DNA from: Verrucomicrobiota bacterium
GTDB taxonomy: Bacteria; Verrucomicrobiota; Verrucomicrobiia; Limisphaerales; JADLHS01
Reading direction: 5' to 3'
DNA: 64,000 nucleotides
Assembly (NCBI GenBank): GCA_037044975.1
Contig: JBAOIL010000030.1
Coordinates: 204,802 to 268,801 of the forward strand
A program made the translations under genes and the position numbers. Numbering within the stretch: the stretch's first letter is position 1; every line of letters begins with the position of its first letter. Positions 20,223-30,590 of the stretch are shown one piece after another. Under the pieces are notes generated by a model that saw only the letters and a list, made by a program, of their open reading frames with translations, made no database searches and was not told the DNA's origin.

Positions 20223-20830
20223 CGGCGCAGTCTAGGTTTGGGGGCAAGACGGCTCAAGGGAAAGCGCGTTGCGAGCAATCGAAGCAGGCGATTTTCCTCG
20301 CGTTTCATTTTGCGGCGGTAAGACGCGACGTGGTCGTCGTGGCCGAGCAGATGGAGCGTACCGTGGATAATGTAGCGGACGATTTCGGATTGCCAGGTTG
20401 TGCAAAAGCGGCGGGCTTGCAGCACGGCTTCATCCACGCAGGCAAAGATTTCACCGCAAATGTTGGTGCTAAGATCTGGAACATCGGCGTAGTCGAAGGT
20501 GATCACATCGGTCGAACCTCTGTGTTGAAGAAAGGTTGAGTTCAATCGCGTCATTTCCGTCTCGGCGATGAGGGTGATGCCCAGCTTATACGCTTTGAGT
20601 TGAAGGTGATCATCAAGCAGCCCAAGGGAAACTTCCCGTAGTAATCGCTGGTTGATCTTTCTGGTTCGTTGGCGGTTGTTGAGGAGCAAAGATTTCGCTG
20701 GCGGCGGGGGGGCATCTTCCCCCCGAGCCTTCCCCCCTTTGCCGACAGGGCGATGGGGAAGCGTTCGCGTGCGCCTTCCGGTCGCTGTGCTTTTGCCGGA
20801 CTCGCCACGTCGTGTCACTCGCCGTTTCAT
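20219..20830 (-). CDS. ybeY: rRNA maturation RNase YbeY with basic N-terminal extension
   Basis: Zinc motif HGTLHLLGHDDH near the C-terminus and TDVITFDY upstream. About 50 extra Arg/Lys/Gly-rich residues at the N-terminus. 4-nt overlaps with phoH and DUF502. Confidence 0.85.
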   Translation of the reverse strand: MKRRVTRRGESGKSTATGRRTRTLPHRPVGKGGKARGEDAPPPPAKSLLLNNRQRTRKINQRLLREVSLGLLDDHLQLKAYKLGITLIAETEMTRLNSTFLQHRGSTDVITFDYADVPDLSTNICGEIFACVDEAVLQARRFCTTWQSEIVRYIIHGTLHLLGHDDHVASYRRKMKREENRLLRLLATRFPLSRLAPKPRLRR

Positions 20831-21792
20831 TCCGGCTTGGTCTTGCCGCGATGTTCTTCGTAGGCGCTGATGATCCGTTGCACCAGCGGATGGCGCACGA
20901 CGTCGCGCTTGTCGAACTCGATCACGGCGATGCCATCCACCTTCCGCAACACCCGATGGGCTTCCAGCAAGCCCGAATGCCTGTGCGGCGGCAAATCCAC
21001 CTGCGTTTCGTCGCCGGTGATGACGGCCTTGGAGCCATGGCCCAGGCGCGTGAGGAACATTAACATCTGCTCGGTGGTGGAGTTCTGCGCTTCGTCGAGA
21101 ATGATAAAGGCGTTGTTGAGGGTGCGCCCGCGCATGTAGGCGAGCGGGGCAATCTCAATTGTGGTGCGCTCGGTGAGTTTCTGGATTTCATCGGCTGGCA
21201 GCATGTCCTGGAGCGCGTCGTGCAGCGGGCGCAGGTACGGCAGGATCTTTTCGTAGAGGTCGCCGGGCAGAAAGCCTAGCGCCTCGCCCGCCTCCACTGC
21301 CGGGCGCGTGAGGATGATGCGGGAAACCTGACCTGCTCGCAGCGTGGCAAGCGCCATCGCAACGGCGAGATAGGTCTTTCCGGTGCCGGCGGGGCCGATA
21401 CCGAAGGTGATGTCGTGTTTGCGGATGGCATCGAGGTAATTCTTCTGCCCGACGGTTTTGGCGGTGACGCAGGGTTTTTTTTCGTGGGTCTGGACCCGGT
21501 CGCCCATCAGGTTTTGGAGGGTGGAGACGCCTTCGTGCTGCACCACATTCAGGGCGTGGGTGAATTCACGATTGCGCACATGCGAACCGGCTTTCAGCGA
21601 ATCTTCCAGCGAGACGAACAGATGCTTTGCCCGTTCGACGGCGTCCGCGGGACCTGCCAGCTTAATCCAGCCGTCGCGCACGGTTGCCTGGACGCCGAGC
21701 TGCTTTCTAAGCGCGTCAAGATTGCGCGGATCATTGTTGAAAAGCTGCTGGGCCAGGCGGTCGTTTTCAAAATGCAGGGTCTCGGAGGCCAT
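20827..21792 (-). CDS. PhoH family ATPase
   Basis: Walker A GPAGTGKTYLAVAMA, ILTRPAVEAGE.LGFLPGD, FIILDEAQN. ATG at 21792 (MASETLHFEN); the longer track ORF to 22047 overlaps the HIT gene. Confidence 0.9.
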   Translation of the reverse strand: MASETLHFENDRLAQQLFNNDPRNLDALRKQLGVQATVRDGWIKLAGPADAVERAKHLFVSLEDSLKAGSHVRNREFTHALNVVQHEGVSTLQNLMGDRVQTHEKKPCVTAKTVGQKNYLDAIRKHDITFGIGPAGTGKTYLAVAMALATLRAGQVSRIILTRPAVEAGEALGFLPGDLYEKILPYLRPLHDALQDMLPADEIQKLTERTTIEIAPLAYMRGRTLNNAFIILDEAQNSTTEQMLMFLTRLGHGSKAVITGDETQVDLPPHRHSGLLEAHRVLRKVDGIAVIEFDKRDVVRHPLVQRIISAYEEHRGKTKPE

Positions 21793-21824
21793 GGGATGAA
21801 AAATTAAAATTGCAGAATGAAAAA

Positions 21825-22346
21825 CTATTGGGCGAGCGCCGCGCGGAGTTGATTGCCGAGCTCGACCAGGGCCTGGGGAATGACTCCGGTATGCGCGAGC
21901 ACCGGCATGAAGTTGGTGTCGCCGAACCAGCGTGGAACGATGTGGATATGGAGATGCCCAGCAATGCCGGCGCCCGCCACGCGACCGAGATTGATGCCGA
22001 TATTGAAGCCTTCCGCTTTCATCTCCTGTTGAAGGACGTTGACGCATCGGCGAACAAGTTTCCAGAGATCTGCGAGTTCCTCGTCGGTGAGTCCGTTCAA
22101 ATCGGGTGATTGCTTGTAGGGCACAACTAGCACATGACCGCCGTTATAGGGGTAACGGTTGAGAACGGCGTAGCAGGTGCGGTCACGGGCGATGACAAGG
22201 TTCGTCACGTCGTCGCTTGACTGCGCGAGCGTCGTGAACAGGCTTTCCGTCAGCGGCGGCTTGGGCGCGACGATGTATTCGATTCGCCATGGGGCATGGA
22301 GGGTGTCCATGCCGGGCAGGGTAGGAGTCGTCGTAGGCAAAGTCAA
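21825..22346 (-). CDS. HIT family protein (Ap4A phosphorylase/nucleotidyl hydrolase-like)
   Basis: Histidine triad GHLHIHIVPRW; NRYPYNGGHVLVVP. Confidence 0.85.
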   Translation of the reverse strand: MTLPTTTPTLPGMDTLHAPWRIEYIVAPKPPLTESLFTTLAQSSDDVTNLVIARDRTCYAVLNRYPYNGGHVLVVPYKQSPDLNGLTDEELADLWKLVRRCVNVLQQEMKAEGFNIGINLGRVAGAGIAGHLHIHIVPRWFGDTNFMPVLAHTGVIPQALVELGNQLRAALAQ

Positions 22347-22392
22347 AAGGGCTCTGGCCTGGATCGGGTGACGCGCAGCCGAAGTTCGCCGG

Positions 22393-23575
22393 CTATTTCG
22401 AGCCGGTGCTCTTGCCGCGCAGGATGTGGACGATGGCCTTGACCGCCAGTTCCATCAAGTGAAATGGCTTGGCGATGAAATCATTGCCGCCGCTCATCAT
22501 GGAACTGGCGCGGGCCTCGAAATCATTGAGGCCGGTGACAAACACAACGGGGGTCGTTTTGTGCCGCGGCAAGGCGCGCAGTCTGGTGCAAAGCTCATAG
22601 CCGTTCATGCCGGGCATGTCCACATCGAGGAAGATGAGATCGAACGCGCCTTCGGCCAGTAAATGATATCCGGCGTTCGGATCTTCGACCACGGTCGATC
22701 GAAGCTTTGCCTTCTCCAGAGCCTGCGTAATCGCGCGCCGTGAGAAGGCTTCATCATCCACAACGAGAATTCTGGCCTGGCTGACATCGAATTCTTTGAT
22801 GCCCTTGGCCTTGTCAAACAGTAAGCCCAGGCAATCCACGGCGGTTGCGGCGGTCCGCAGCGTGGAGGCGGTGACGCTGGCGGGTTTCCCACCAAGGTCC
22901 AGAAGCATGGCTTCCAGCGCTTCGGCCAATTGCGCGACGGGGGCGAAGCCGGCAAGGTTGGCGGTGCTGGCCAAAGTCCGGGTGTGCCGGGCAAGTTCCT
23001 GAAGGGGTTGCGCGCGGTCGGCTTCGTTGTCCGCCCGGCTGAGGGCTTTGAGTCCGGCGCGCAAGAAATTAAGGACTTCCGGCAGGGTGGTGGCGAAGGT
23101 GCCGCGGACATCCGTCTCGAACTCCATGTCAAAAACGGGCGCGGGTGTGGGCGCGGTTAGTTTGGCGCGTGGCTCCGGTATGACGGGTTGCACCGCCGCG
23201 GGGCCACTCGTGCCCAAGACACTCCCCAGGGCATCGAGCACCTGACGGGGGGTGCAACTGGCCTTGGAAAGACATTTGGTCGCGCCGGCCTTCCACGCCT
23301 CCAGCACCATGTTGGTGAGGTAAGTGTTGGAGAAGACGATCATCGGCAGGTGCGCAAACTTGGCCTCCGCCCGGACCATTTTCATTAATTCAACGCCCGA
23401 GAGTTTGGGCAGCACGAGATCCAGTACAGACGGCATCGGGCCGAAAACTCTTGATGAGGTCGTAGCCGGCTTCGCCGGTATGGGCCACTTCCACCTGATA
23501 ACCGTGGACGACGAGTTTGTTCCGATAAACGTTCGCAACAATCTGATCGTCTTCAATGATGAGAATTTTTTTCAC
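22393..23575 (-). pseudogene. REC-HPt-like-REC response regulator protein, frameshift near 23428
   Basis: ORF 23390..23575 encodes MKKILIIEDDQIVANVYRNKL...FRPDAV. The frame then changes into ORF 22393..23556, which reads VLDLVLPKLSGVELMK... (rest of REC1), a helical HPt-like segment (ELARHTRTLASTANLAGF), and a complete REC2 (ILVVDDE...FLDVDMPGMNG...AKPF). Confidence 0.75.
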
Positions 23576-23577
23576 GC

Positions 23578-26046
23578 TCAGGAACCGACGGCTTGGGCAG
23601 CGGCGGGAGCCAGATACGGAGTCAGGGCGGTGCGAATTAGCTCAAATTCCTTGAGGGTCTGCGCGCACAGCTCCGCGACCTGGGTCAACTTGCCTTCGCT
23701 GCTCTGGCGTTCAAGCTCGCGCAGCGGGATGACGATGCGGCGCATGCCGCAGGTGGCGCTGGCCCCGGCACAACTGTGTGCCAGACGCCGAATATCTGGA
23801 GCATTGTTCGCCTTCACCGCGATTTCGAGTTGCTCGAGTTGTTGGGTCGTTTGCTGAACGTACAGCGTGACCAGCTCCGTAAGATTTTCCGGATTGCCTT
23901 CCGTGAACTCTTGGAGGCGGTCGAGATCGATGGGGGGCAGGTTGTTCATAGGTGTGTCAGTGTTGGCCATCATTTTGGCGGTGGTGGCTGCGGAATCGGT
24001 GGATGTGGCCGGTTCGCCCGCCGCTGCGGTGGGCCCCCAGCGCTCGACGATCGTACGAACATCTTCCGGGCGGACCGGTTTGGAGAGATAATCGTCCATG
24101 CCGGCCGCGAGGCACTTATCGCGGTCCCCCGGCATGGCGCTGGCCGTCATGGCAACGATGATCATCGGCGATTTGAAGTTTGGATACTGCCGGCGGTCTT
24201 TTTGCCGGGCGCGGATCTGGCGCGTCGCCTCGAGACCGTCCATCTCGGGCATCATTACGTCCATAAAGATCAGGTCGAACGGAGCGTGATCAATGGCGGC
24301 CAGGGCCTCGACGCCGTTGCCGGCGATGGTAGAGCGATAGCCCATTTGTTGCAAGAGGCGCATGGCGACTTTCTGATTGATCAGATTGTCGTCGCAGAGC
24401 AGCACGCGCAAAGGCAGGCGGCTGGCCAGGGCGGGATCGAGCTTGCCGGGGGTGCGAGTGGGTTTGGCGGCAGTGCGGACGCCGGAGACAATGCGCGTGA
24501 GTGCATCAAACAATTGGGCGGCTTTGATCGGTTTGGTCAGACAGGTCGCGAAGCTGGCCGCGAGAAATTCCGGACTATCGGTGCGCAGGCCCATCGAACT
24601 CAGGAGCACGAGCGGAAGATGTCCCGCGTTCGGAAGCTTCCGGATTTCCCGGGCAAGCATCAGGCCGTCCATGCCCGGCATCTGCATGTCGAGCAGCGCG
24701 AGATCAAACGCTTCCCCTGCTCTCAGCCAGGCCAGCGCCTGCGCGCCGCTTGGGGCGGTGCGCGTGTTGATGCCCCACTTTCCAGTCTGGAGGGCGAGGA
24801 TGCGGCAATTGGTCGGGTTATCATCCACGATCAACAAGCGCAGGTCCGCCAGTTGCGGCTGACGCTGGTCGAGCGTGGAAGTTGTGGTTGGTGTGGCCGC
24901 TGGAAGCGGGAGTGTGAAGTTGAAGGTGGCGCCATGGCCGGGGGAGCTTTCCGCCCAGATTCGACCGCCCATCAATTCGACGAGGCGCCGGCTGATGGAT
25001 AACCCCAAGCCGGTACCGCCGAAATGCCGCGCCGTGGAGGCGTCCGCCTGTTCAAAGGGGAGGAACAACCGGCCAAGGCGTTCGGTTGCAATGCCGATGC
25101 CGGTGTCGCGGACGGAGAAGAGCAACTCAAACGTTCCCGCCGCGTCCGCCGGAGCCGAGAGGACTTTGACGGTGGTGACGATCTCCCCTTGCTCGGTGAA
25201 TTTAACGGCGTTGCCCAGTAAATTGACCAGGATTTGGCGCAGCCGCGTGACGTCGCCAAGGACATGCGTGGGGATGCCGTCTTCGAGTAGATACGCGAGG
25301 TCAAGCCGCTTCTCGCCCGCCTTGGCGGCGAGGAGGTCGAGCGCCTCTTCGATGCACCCGCGCAGATTCACCGGGCAGGTCTCAAGGTTCAGTTTGCCGG
25401 ATTCGATTTTTGAAAAATCAAGAATGTCGTTGATGATCGTCAGCAGGGATTCGCCGCTCGAGCAGATCGTGTCCACGTAACCGCGCTGCTCCGGGGTCAG
25501 CAACGTTTCCCGCAGCAGGCCGGACATACCAAGGATGCCGTTCATTGGCGTGCGGATTTCGTGGCTCATGTTGGCGAGGAACTCGGCCTTGGCGCGGACG
25601 GCCTTCTGGGCCGCGTTCCGGGCCGCGGTGAGTTCTTGATTCGTGTGCGTCAATTCGTCCGCCATTCGCTTCGCGCGCAACGCAGCGCCGACGCGCGCCA
25701 GCAACTCCGCCGTCTCGAACGGCTTCGTCAGGAAATCCGTCGCCCCCAACTCAAAGCCCCGCACCTTTTCGGTCACGCCGTTCCACGCGGTGAGCAGGAT
25801 GACCGGGATGGCCTGCGTTTCCGGCGTGGCCTTGATTTGGCGCAACAATTCAAAGCCGTTCATGTCGGGCAGCCCCAGATCGAGCAGGATGAGGTCTGGG
25901 GGTGTGGTTTGAAGCGAACGCAAGGCGGCATTCGCGGTGGCGGCGCAACCAAGTTCCACATTCGCCCCCTGGAGATGAGCGGCGAGTAACTCGGGCATCG
26001 TCACGTCATCTTCGACCAGCAGGACTTTCGCAGCGGGTGTGTTCAT
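23578..26046 (-). CDS. Hybrid sensor histidine kinase (REC-HisKA-HATPase-REC-REC-HPt)
   Basis: H-box [11 protein letters not shown]; N/G boxes [28 protein letters not shown]. Three receiver domains ([33 protein letters not shown]). C-terminal HPt ([16 protein letters not shown]). No obvious sensory or TM domain. Confidence 0.9.
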   Translation of the reverse strand: MNTPAAKVLLVEDDVTMPELLAAHLQGANVELGCAATANAALRSLQTTPPDLILLDLGLPDMNGFELLRQIKATPETQAIPVILLTAWNGVTEKVRGFELGATDFLTKPFETAELLARVGAALRAKRMADELTHTNQELTAARNAAQKAVRAKAEFLANMSHEIRTPMNGILGMSGLLRETLLTPEQRGYVDTICSSGESLLTIINDILDFSKIESGKLNLETCPVNLRGCIEEALDLLAAKAGEKRLDLAYLLEDGIPTHVLGDVTRLRQILVNLLGNAVKFTEQGEIVTTVKVLSAPADAAGTFELLFSVRDTGIGIATERLGRLFLPFEQADASTARHFGGTGLGLSISRRLVELMGGRIWAESSPGHGATFNFTLPLPAATPTTTSTLDQRQPQLADLRLLIVDDNPTNCRILALQTGKWGINTRTAPSGAQALAWLRAGEAFDLALLDMQMPGMDGLMLAREIRKLPNAGHLPLVLLSSMGLRTDSPEFLAASFATCLTKPIKAAQLFDALTRIVSGVRTAAKPTRTPGKLDPALASRLPLRVLLCDDNLINQKVAMRLLQQMGYRSTIAGNGVEALAAIDHAPFDLIFMDVMMPEMDGLEATRQIRARQKDRRQYPNFKSPMIIVAMTASAMPGDRDKCLAAGMDDYLSKPVRPEDVRTIVERWGPTAAAGEPATSTDSAATTAKMMANTDTPMNNLPPIDLDRLQEFTEGNPENLTELVTLYVQQTTQQLEQLEIAVKANNAPDIRRLAHSCAGASATCGMRRIVIPLRELERQSSEGKLTQVAELCAQTLKEFELIRTALTPYLAPAAAQAVGS

Positions 26047-26301
26047 AGTTCGGCACTGTCGCGATGCACACTTCGTGTGTTCAACAAATCACGAGTCGAA
26101 CAGGATTTAGCACATTCAACACCAATTTCCGGAAAAGCCACCGTGAAAAGCCCGGGGTGGTGGCGGGCAATGATGGCCGCGTCAGCGGCGCGGTTCGTTG
26201 ACCCGAAACAAGACAATCCGCGTCCGCTTCAAAGCCACTCGTCCCGTTGACACCCGAAAGAATCGTTGCGTCCGCGCGCTTGGGCGTCGTAACTTTCGGA
26301 C

Positions 26302-27333
26302 ATGGTTCAATCGCTGGTCGAACCCACAACTTCAGGGGACATATCCGTGCCACAGGAGCTGTACGTCAAAGCGTATCGCATCATGCTGCTGGCGCGCGTG
26401 CTGGACGATAAATTCGCCAGTCTCTATCGCGCGGGCAAGATTCATGGCGGGGTGTTTCTCAGCCGCGGCCAGGAGGCGCTGAGCGTGGCCATCGGGGTGG
26501 CCTTGCGCGAGGGCGATGTGTTTGCCCCGCTGATTCGGGATCTCGCGGGACGGCTCGCGTTTAACGAACCCATTCTCGACGGCGTCCGAAATTATTTCGG
26601 CTCCACCCTTGGCCCGATGCGTGGGCGCGACGGCAATGTTCATCGGGGGCGTCCGCGGGAAGGTCAGCTTGCGATGATCAGCCACCTTGGCGCGATGATA
26701 TCCGTGGTCAACGGCACATTGTTCGCGCGCCGGATGAAGAACATCGCGGGCACGGTTGGCGTGGCCACTTGCGGTGATGGTGCGACCTCGACCGGTTCAT
26801 TTCACGAGGCATTAAATCAGGCGGCTGTCGAAAGGTTGCCCCTCGTCCTGGTCGTGGCGGACAATCAATATGCCTATTCAACCCCCACATCGCGGCAATT
26901 TGCCTGTCGCTCGCTCGTGGATCGCGCTGTGGGCTATGGCATTTCCGGATGCGAGGTGGATGGGACTGACCTTGCCGAATGCCTGCGGGTGGTTGGGGAT
27001 GCAGTTGTCCGTGCCCGAGCCGGCGCGGGGCCGCAACTGGTCGTCGCCCACTTGCTCCGGCTTTGCGGTCACGGCGAACACGATGACGCAAGCTACATTG
27101 ATCCCCAGCAAAAGAGTTCTCCGTTGGGCGGGGATTGCCTGAAACTGGCGGAGGAATTATCTGCGGCAGCAACTGCTGGGCGGGCGCGGACACCCTGGCG
27201 CAGTGGCGCAATGAAGCGCTGCACAAGGTGGAAGACTGCCGTGGCGACCGTGCAGCGCGAGCCGACGCCTGATCCGTTTACGGAAGTCTGGTCCGCGCTC
27301 GCCACCGCGCATCTAGGTGAGGGCAATGCCTAG
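26302..27333 (+). CDS. 2-oxoacid dehydrogenase E1 component alpha subunit (TPP-dependent)
   Basis: TPP motif GVATCGDGATSTGSFHEALNQAAVERLPLVLVVADNQYAYSTP; RLCGHGEHDD. The last ~70 codons read more naturally in alternative frames (see findings). Confidence 0.85.
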   Translation: MVQSLVEPTTSGDISVPQELYVKAYRIMLLARVLDDKFASLYRAGKIHGGVFLSRGQEALSVAIGVALREGDVFAPLIRDLAGRLAFNEPILDGVRNYFGSTLGPMRGRDGNVHRGRPREGQLAMISHLGAMISVVNGTLFARRMKNIAGTVGVATCGDGATSTGSFHEALNQAAVERLPLVLVVADNQYAYSTPTSRQFACRSLVDRAVGYGISGCEVDGTDLAECLRVVGDAVVRARAGAGPQLVVAHLLRLCGHGEHDDASYIDPQQKSSPLGGDCLKLAEELSAAATAGRARTPWRSGAMKRCTRWKTAVATVQREPTPDPFTEVWSALATAHLGEGNA

Positions 27334-27485
27334 AAAACGGGAAAGTAGAATGACAAATGGTAGATATGATTTCACCCAGCGCCCGCAAGATAACACGTCA
27401 TACCAGCGCAGGATACCGCTTGTGGGCGGGGTCCAGATTTGCCGGCCTGCGGCTGGCTTGATTCCTCCCTCTTGGATCGCTCCGT

Positions 27486-28451
27486 ATGAGCATCACATAC
27501 CTCGAAGCCATCCGTTCCGCCCAGGCCCGTGCGCTGGCCGAAGATCCGCGGGTGTTCATCTACGGGCAGGACGTGGGCGCGTTCGGTGGCGCATTCAAGG
27601 CGACCAAAGGCCTGGCAAAGGAGTTTCCGGGTCGCGTGCTTGACGCCCCGATCAGCGAAGACGCGATGGCTGGTCTTGCCATAGGCGCGGCGATTGAAGG
27701 TCTGCGGCCCATTATCGAAATGCAATTTGCGGATTTCTCGACCGTGGCGTTCAACCAGATTGTGAACCAAGCCGCGACGCTGTTTTGGCGAACCGGGGTG
27801 CCATGCCCAATCACGGTGCGCCTGCCGTGCGGCGCCACTTCGGGCAGCGGACCGTTTCACAGCCAGACGATGGAGGCGATCTATGCCCATTATCCCGGCC
27901 TCGTGGTGCTGACGCCGGCGACGGTGGAGGATGCCTACAGCATGTTGCTCGAAGCCGTGGCGATTGATGATCCGGTGATTTTCTGCGAGCACAAACTTCT
28001 TTATTATCATCTCAAAGCTGCGGCGCTCCCCACGGAGGCGTTGCCAGTTGGGAAGGCGCGTATCGCCCGAGAAGGTCGGGATCTTACGGTCGTAGCTTAC
28101 AGCGCCATGGTGCATGAAGCTCTCGCGGCGGCAGAAGTGTTGCAAGGCGATGGCTGGGAAATAGAAGTCGTGGATTTGCGTTCCGTCAAACCGCTCGACA
28201 CCGATACCGTGATGGGCAGTGTTGCGCGGACGGGACGTTTGCTTTGTGTGGGCGAGGCGTGGCCATGGGGTGGCGTAACCGCTGAAGTGATTGCTCGCGT
28301 TACTTGCGAGGGCTACGATTTGCTCGACGCGCCGCCGCAACGGTTGAACGCCAAGGACACGCCCGTGCCGTATCACCCGGATCTGTGGGCGGCGCACCGC
28401 CCGACCGCCCGGAGCATCGTCGAGTCGGCTCGAAAAGTATTACAGCATTGA
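27486..28451 (+). CDS. 2-oxoacid dehydrogenase E1 component beta subunit
   Basis: ITYLEAIRSA..., GQDVGAFGGAFKATKGL, RVLDAPISE, FADF...AFNQIVNQAA, and VVDLRSVKPLD, the transketolase-like beta subunit pattern. Confidence 0.95.
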   Translation: MSITYLEAIRSAQARALAEDPRVFIYGQDVGAFGGAFKATKGLAKEFPGRVLDAPISEDAMAGLAIGAAIEGLRPIIEMQFADFSTVAFNQIVNQAATLFWRTGVPCPITVRLPCGATSGSGPFHSQTMEAIYAHYPGLVVLTPATVEDAYSMLLEAVAIDDPVIFCEHKLLYYHLKAAALPTEALPVGKARIAREGRDLTVVAYSAMVHEALAAAEVLQGDGWEIEVVDLRSVKPLDTDTVMGSVARTGRLLCVGEAWPWGGVTAEVIARVTCEGYDLLDAPPQRLNAKDTPVPYHPDLWAAHRPTARSIVESARKVLQH

Positions 28452-28562
28452 GTCATCATGCCCGTACACTTGAAACCATTGAGCAGTGGCGGATTGGGGT
28501 GTTCGGCGGGTAACCCCGGCGGCGCTCCCCGGCTCCACCGTCCAATCATCCCACTCTGAATC

Positions 28563-29767
28563 ATGCCCCACGTTCCCATCATCATGCCCCAACTTGGCGA
28601 ATCCATCGCTGAGGCCACCATCGTCAGTTTCCTTGTCCAGCCGGGCGATACCGTCGAGGCCGACCAGGACATCATCGAGGTGGAAACCAACAAGGCGACC
28701 ATGAATGTTGTCGCGCCGGCGCGTGGGCGCATCGAGCAATTCACCGTTCAACTAGGCGGGAGTTATCCTGTCGGCGGCTCGTTGGGCCGGATCGAGGTCA
28801 CCAAGGACGAGGCGACCCGCCTTGGCCTCGACACGGCGCAACTCGAAAAAGTCGGAGCGCAAGCCGCGCCTGCCGCCGGGTTGTCCGGCAACCCCCGTAA
28901 TCTACCCGCGCCCAGGTGGAGCCCACGATTCGCGGTCTGCCCGTGCCGGCGCATGCGGTCGGCGCAGGCTACATGTCGCCGCGACTCAAAGCCCGGATGC
29001 ACGAACTGGGCCTCCACGCGGCCGACCTCGCTGGCCTCGCCGGCAGTGGGGCGGCGGGGCGCGTTACCGTGGAGGACTTCGAGCGTTACATCAGCAATCT
29101 GGAAAAGCAAAAGCTGACCCCCGCTTCCTCCATGCGCGTGGCCGTGGCCGATGCCATGCGTCGCAGTTGGACGCGCCCCCTGGCCACGGTGGGAATGCCG
29201 GTGCTCATGGACCGTCTGCTGGCGCATCGCAAGGCGCAGGTCGTCAAGCCCGGCCCCGCATTGTATGGGCTGCGCGCGCTGGCAATCGCGTTATCCGAGA
29301 ACAGCGCGCCGGCGGGACGCCTCATCGGCAACAACATCGTTCATCCTTCAGCCATTGACCTGGGGTTCGGCGTTGAGGTCGAGGACGGCGTGCTCGTGCC
29401 GGTGATTCGTAACGCGGACCAGAATAAGCTTGCCGATCTCGTCGCTCGGTACAACCACCTGATCGAACTCGCGCGTCAACGAAAACTGCCCGCCGATGCC
29501 ACCGGCGGCTCCATTGCCACCGTGACGAACTACGGCACCTTCGGCTTGACCCTGGCGACACCGATTCCGTTGCCAGAGCAAAACCTGGTGCTCGGCATTG
29601 GCGCGGGGCGCAAAGTGGTACGCTGGGATGAGGTGAATGCGCAGTGTGTGCCGGTGACCGAATCGCATCTTACTTTGAGCTTTGATCATCGGGTGCTTGA
29701 TGGCGGCGCCGCGGGTCGGTTGCTTGGGCGCGTAGTTGATTTGTTGATGCACCCGGAGCAGCTTTAG
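28563..29767 (+). pseudogene. Dihydrolipoamide acyltransferase (E2), frameshift at a C5 run near 28892-28896
   Basis: The lipoyl domain (IEVETNKATMNV) is in ORF 28563..29117. The subunit-binding domain (MSPRLKARMHELGLHAADLAGLAGSGAAGRVTVEDF) and catalytic domain (LTLSFDHRVLDGGAAGRLL) are in ORF 28916..29767, a different frame. Confidence 0.85.
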
Positions 29768-29858
29768 CCCGAAGGGAGATCGGGGGACAGAGTTTCCGGC
29801 TGCCTGCGCGCCGCTGTCCCCGGCTGCCTATCGTCGGGGCGACGGCAGCTTTGGGAAA

Positions 29859-30590
29859 TCAACGATCCTTAACTTCTCGACTTTCAGCTAGCGTGGCCTT
29901 GCCGGCAGCCTTGCCATACAACCCGCGATTGCTCTGGTTGAACTCAAATTTCAAATCCACCTGCAAATCCTGCAAGGTGATCAGCTTCCAGTGGACGGGG
30001 ATGAAGGTGGGTTTGCCGTTGCGGGTGGTCTTTTCAAGTTCATAGGCGAGGAGTAAATGCAGCGCGTCGCGGGTGACTTTCGGATGTTCGGACGGTGAGT
30101 AATAAAACGAACGTTGCGTGGTGTCGGCCGTCGCGGCGCTATAGGTCTTTAACTCGAGATAGCAGGGCGGGTCGCTGACGATTTCCACATCGGGATAACC
30201 GGTGGTTTGGGCATCGCCCTGAGTGGTGACCGGCGTGCGGGCGTCCAGCCCGGCTTCCTTCAACGCAGTCTTTACGAAAAGCTCCATGTGATTGCCGGCT
30301 TCGTTGGCTCGCGTGGCGAATACGCCTTCGGCCCGCGCTTTGGCCGCGGCGGCGCTGGCGGCAGCCGAGAATTTCTGGAACAGCACCCGGTGAGCGGCGT
30401 TGTGGCTATCGAATTCCAGGATCCGATGTTGCGTGGTGGCGAAAATGACTTCTTTGAACGGAATGCGCTTGGCGGGTTTGGTGAGTTCGGCCAGGGCAGC
30501 GGTGGCGGGTGTATTTGTTTGAGCGGCCCCCAGGGGCGCGCCGGCCGCAACCAGCAATAAACCGGCAACGAAGGGGTCACGCAGTTTCAT
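29859..30590 (-). CDS. Hypothetical protein with Sec-type signal peptide and PD-(D/E)XK-like nuclease motif
   Basis: N-terminus MKLRDPFVAGLLLVAAGAPLGAAQT. Core GYPDVEIVSDPPCYLELKTY fits PD...(D/E)xK, with an upstream acidic residue in NEAGNHMELF. The start overlaps the methyltransferase stop by 4 nt. Confidence 0.45.
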   Translation of the reverse strand: MKLRDPFVAGLLLVAAGAPLGAAQTNTPATAALAELTKPAKRIPFKEVIFATTQHRILEFDSHNAAHRVLFQKFSAAASAAAAKARAEGVFATRANEAGNHMELFVKTALKEAGLDARTPVTTQGDAQTTGYPDVEIVSDPPCYLELKTYSAATADTTQRSFYYSPSEHPKVTRDALHLLLAYELEKTTRNGKPTFIPVHWKLITLQDLQVDLKFEFNQSNRGLYGKAAGKATLAESREVKDR

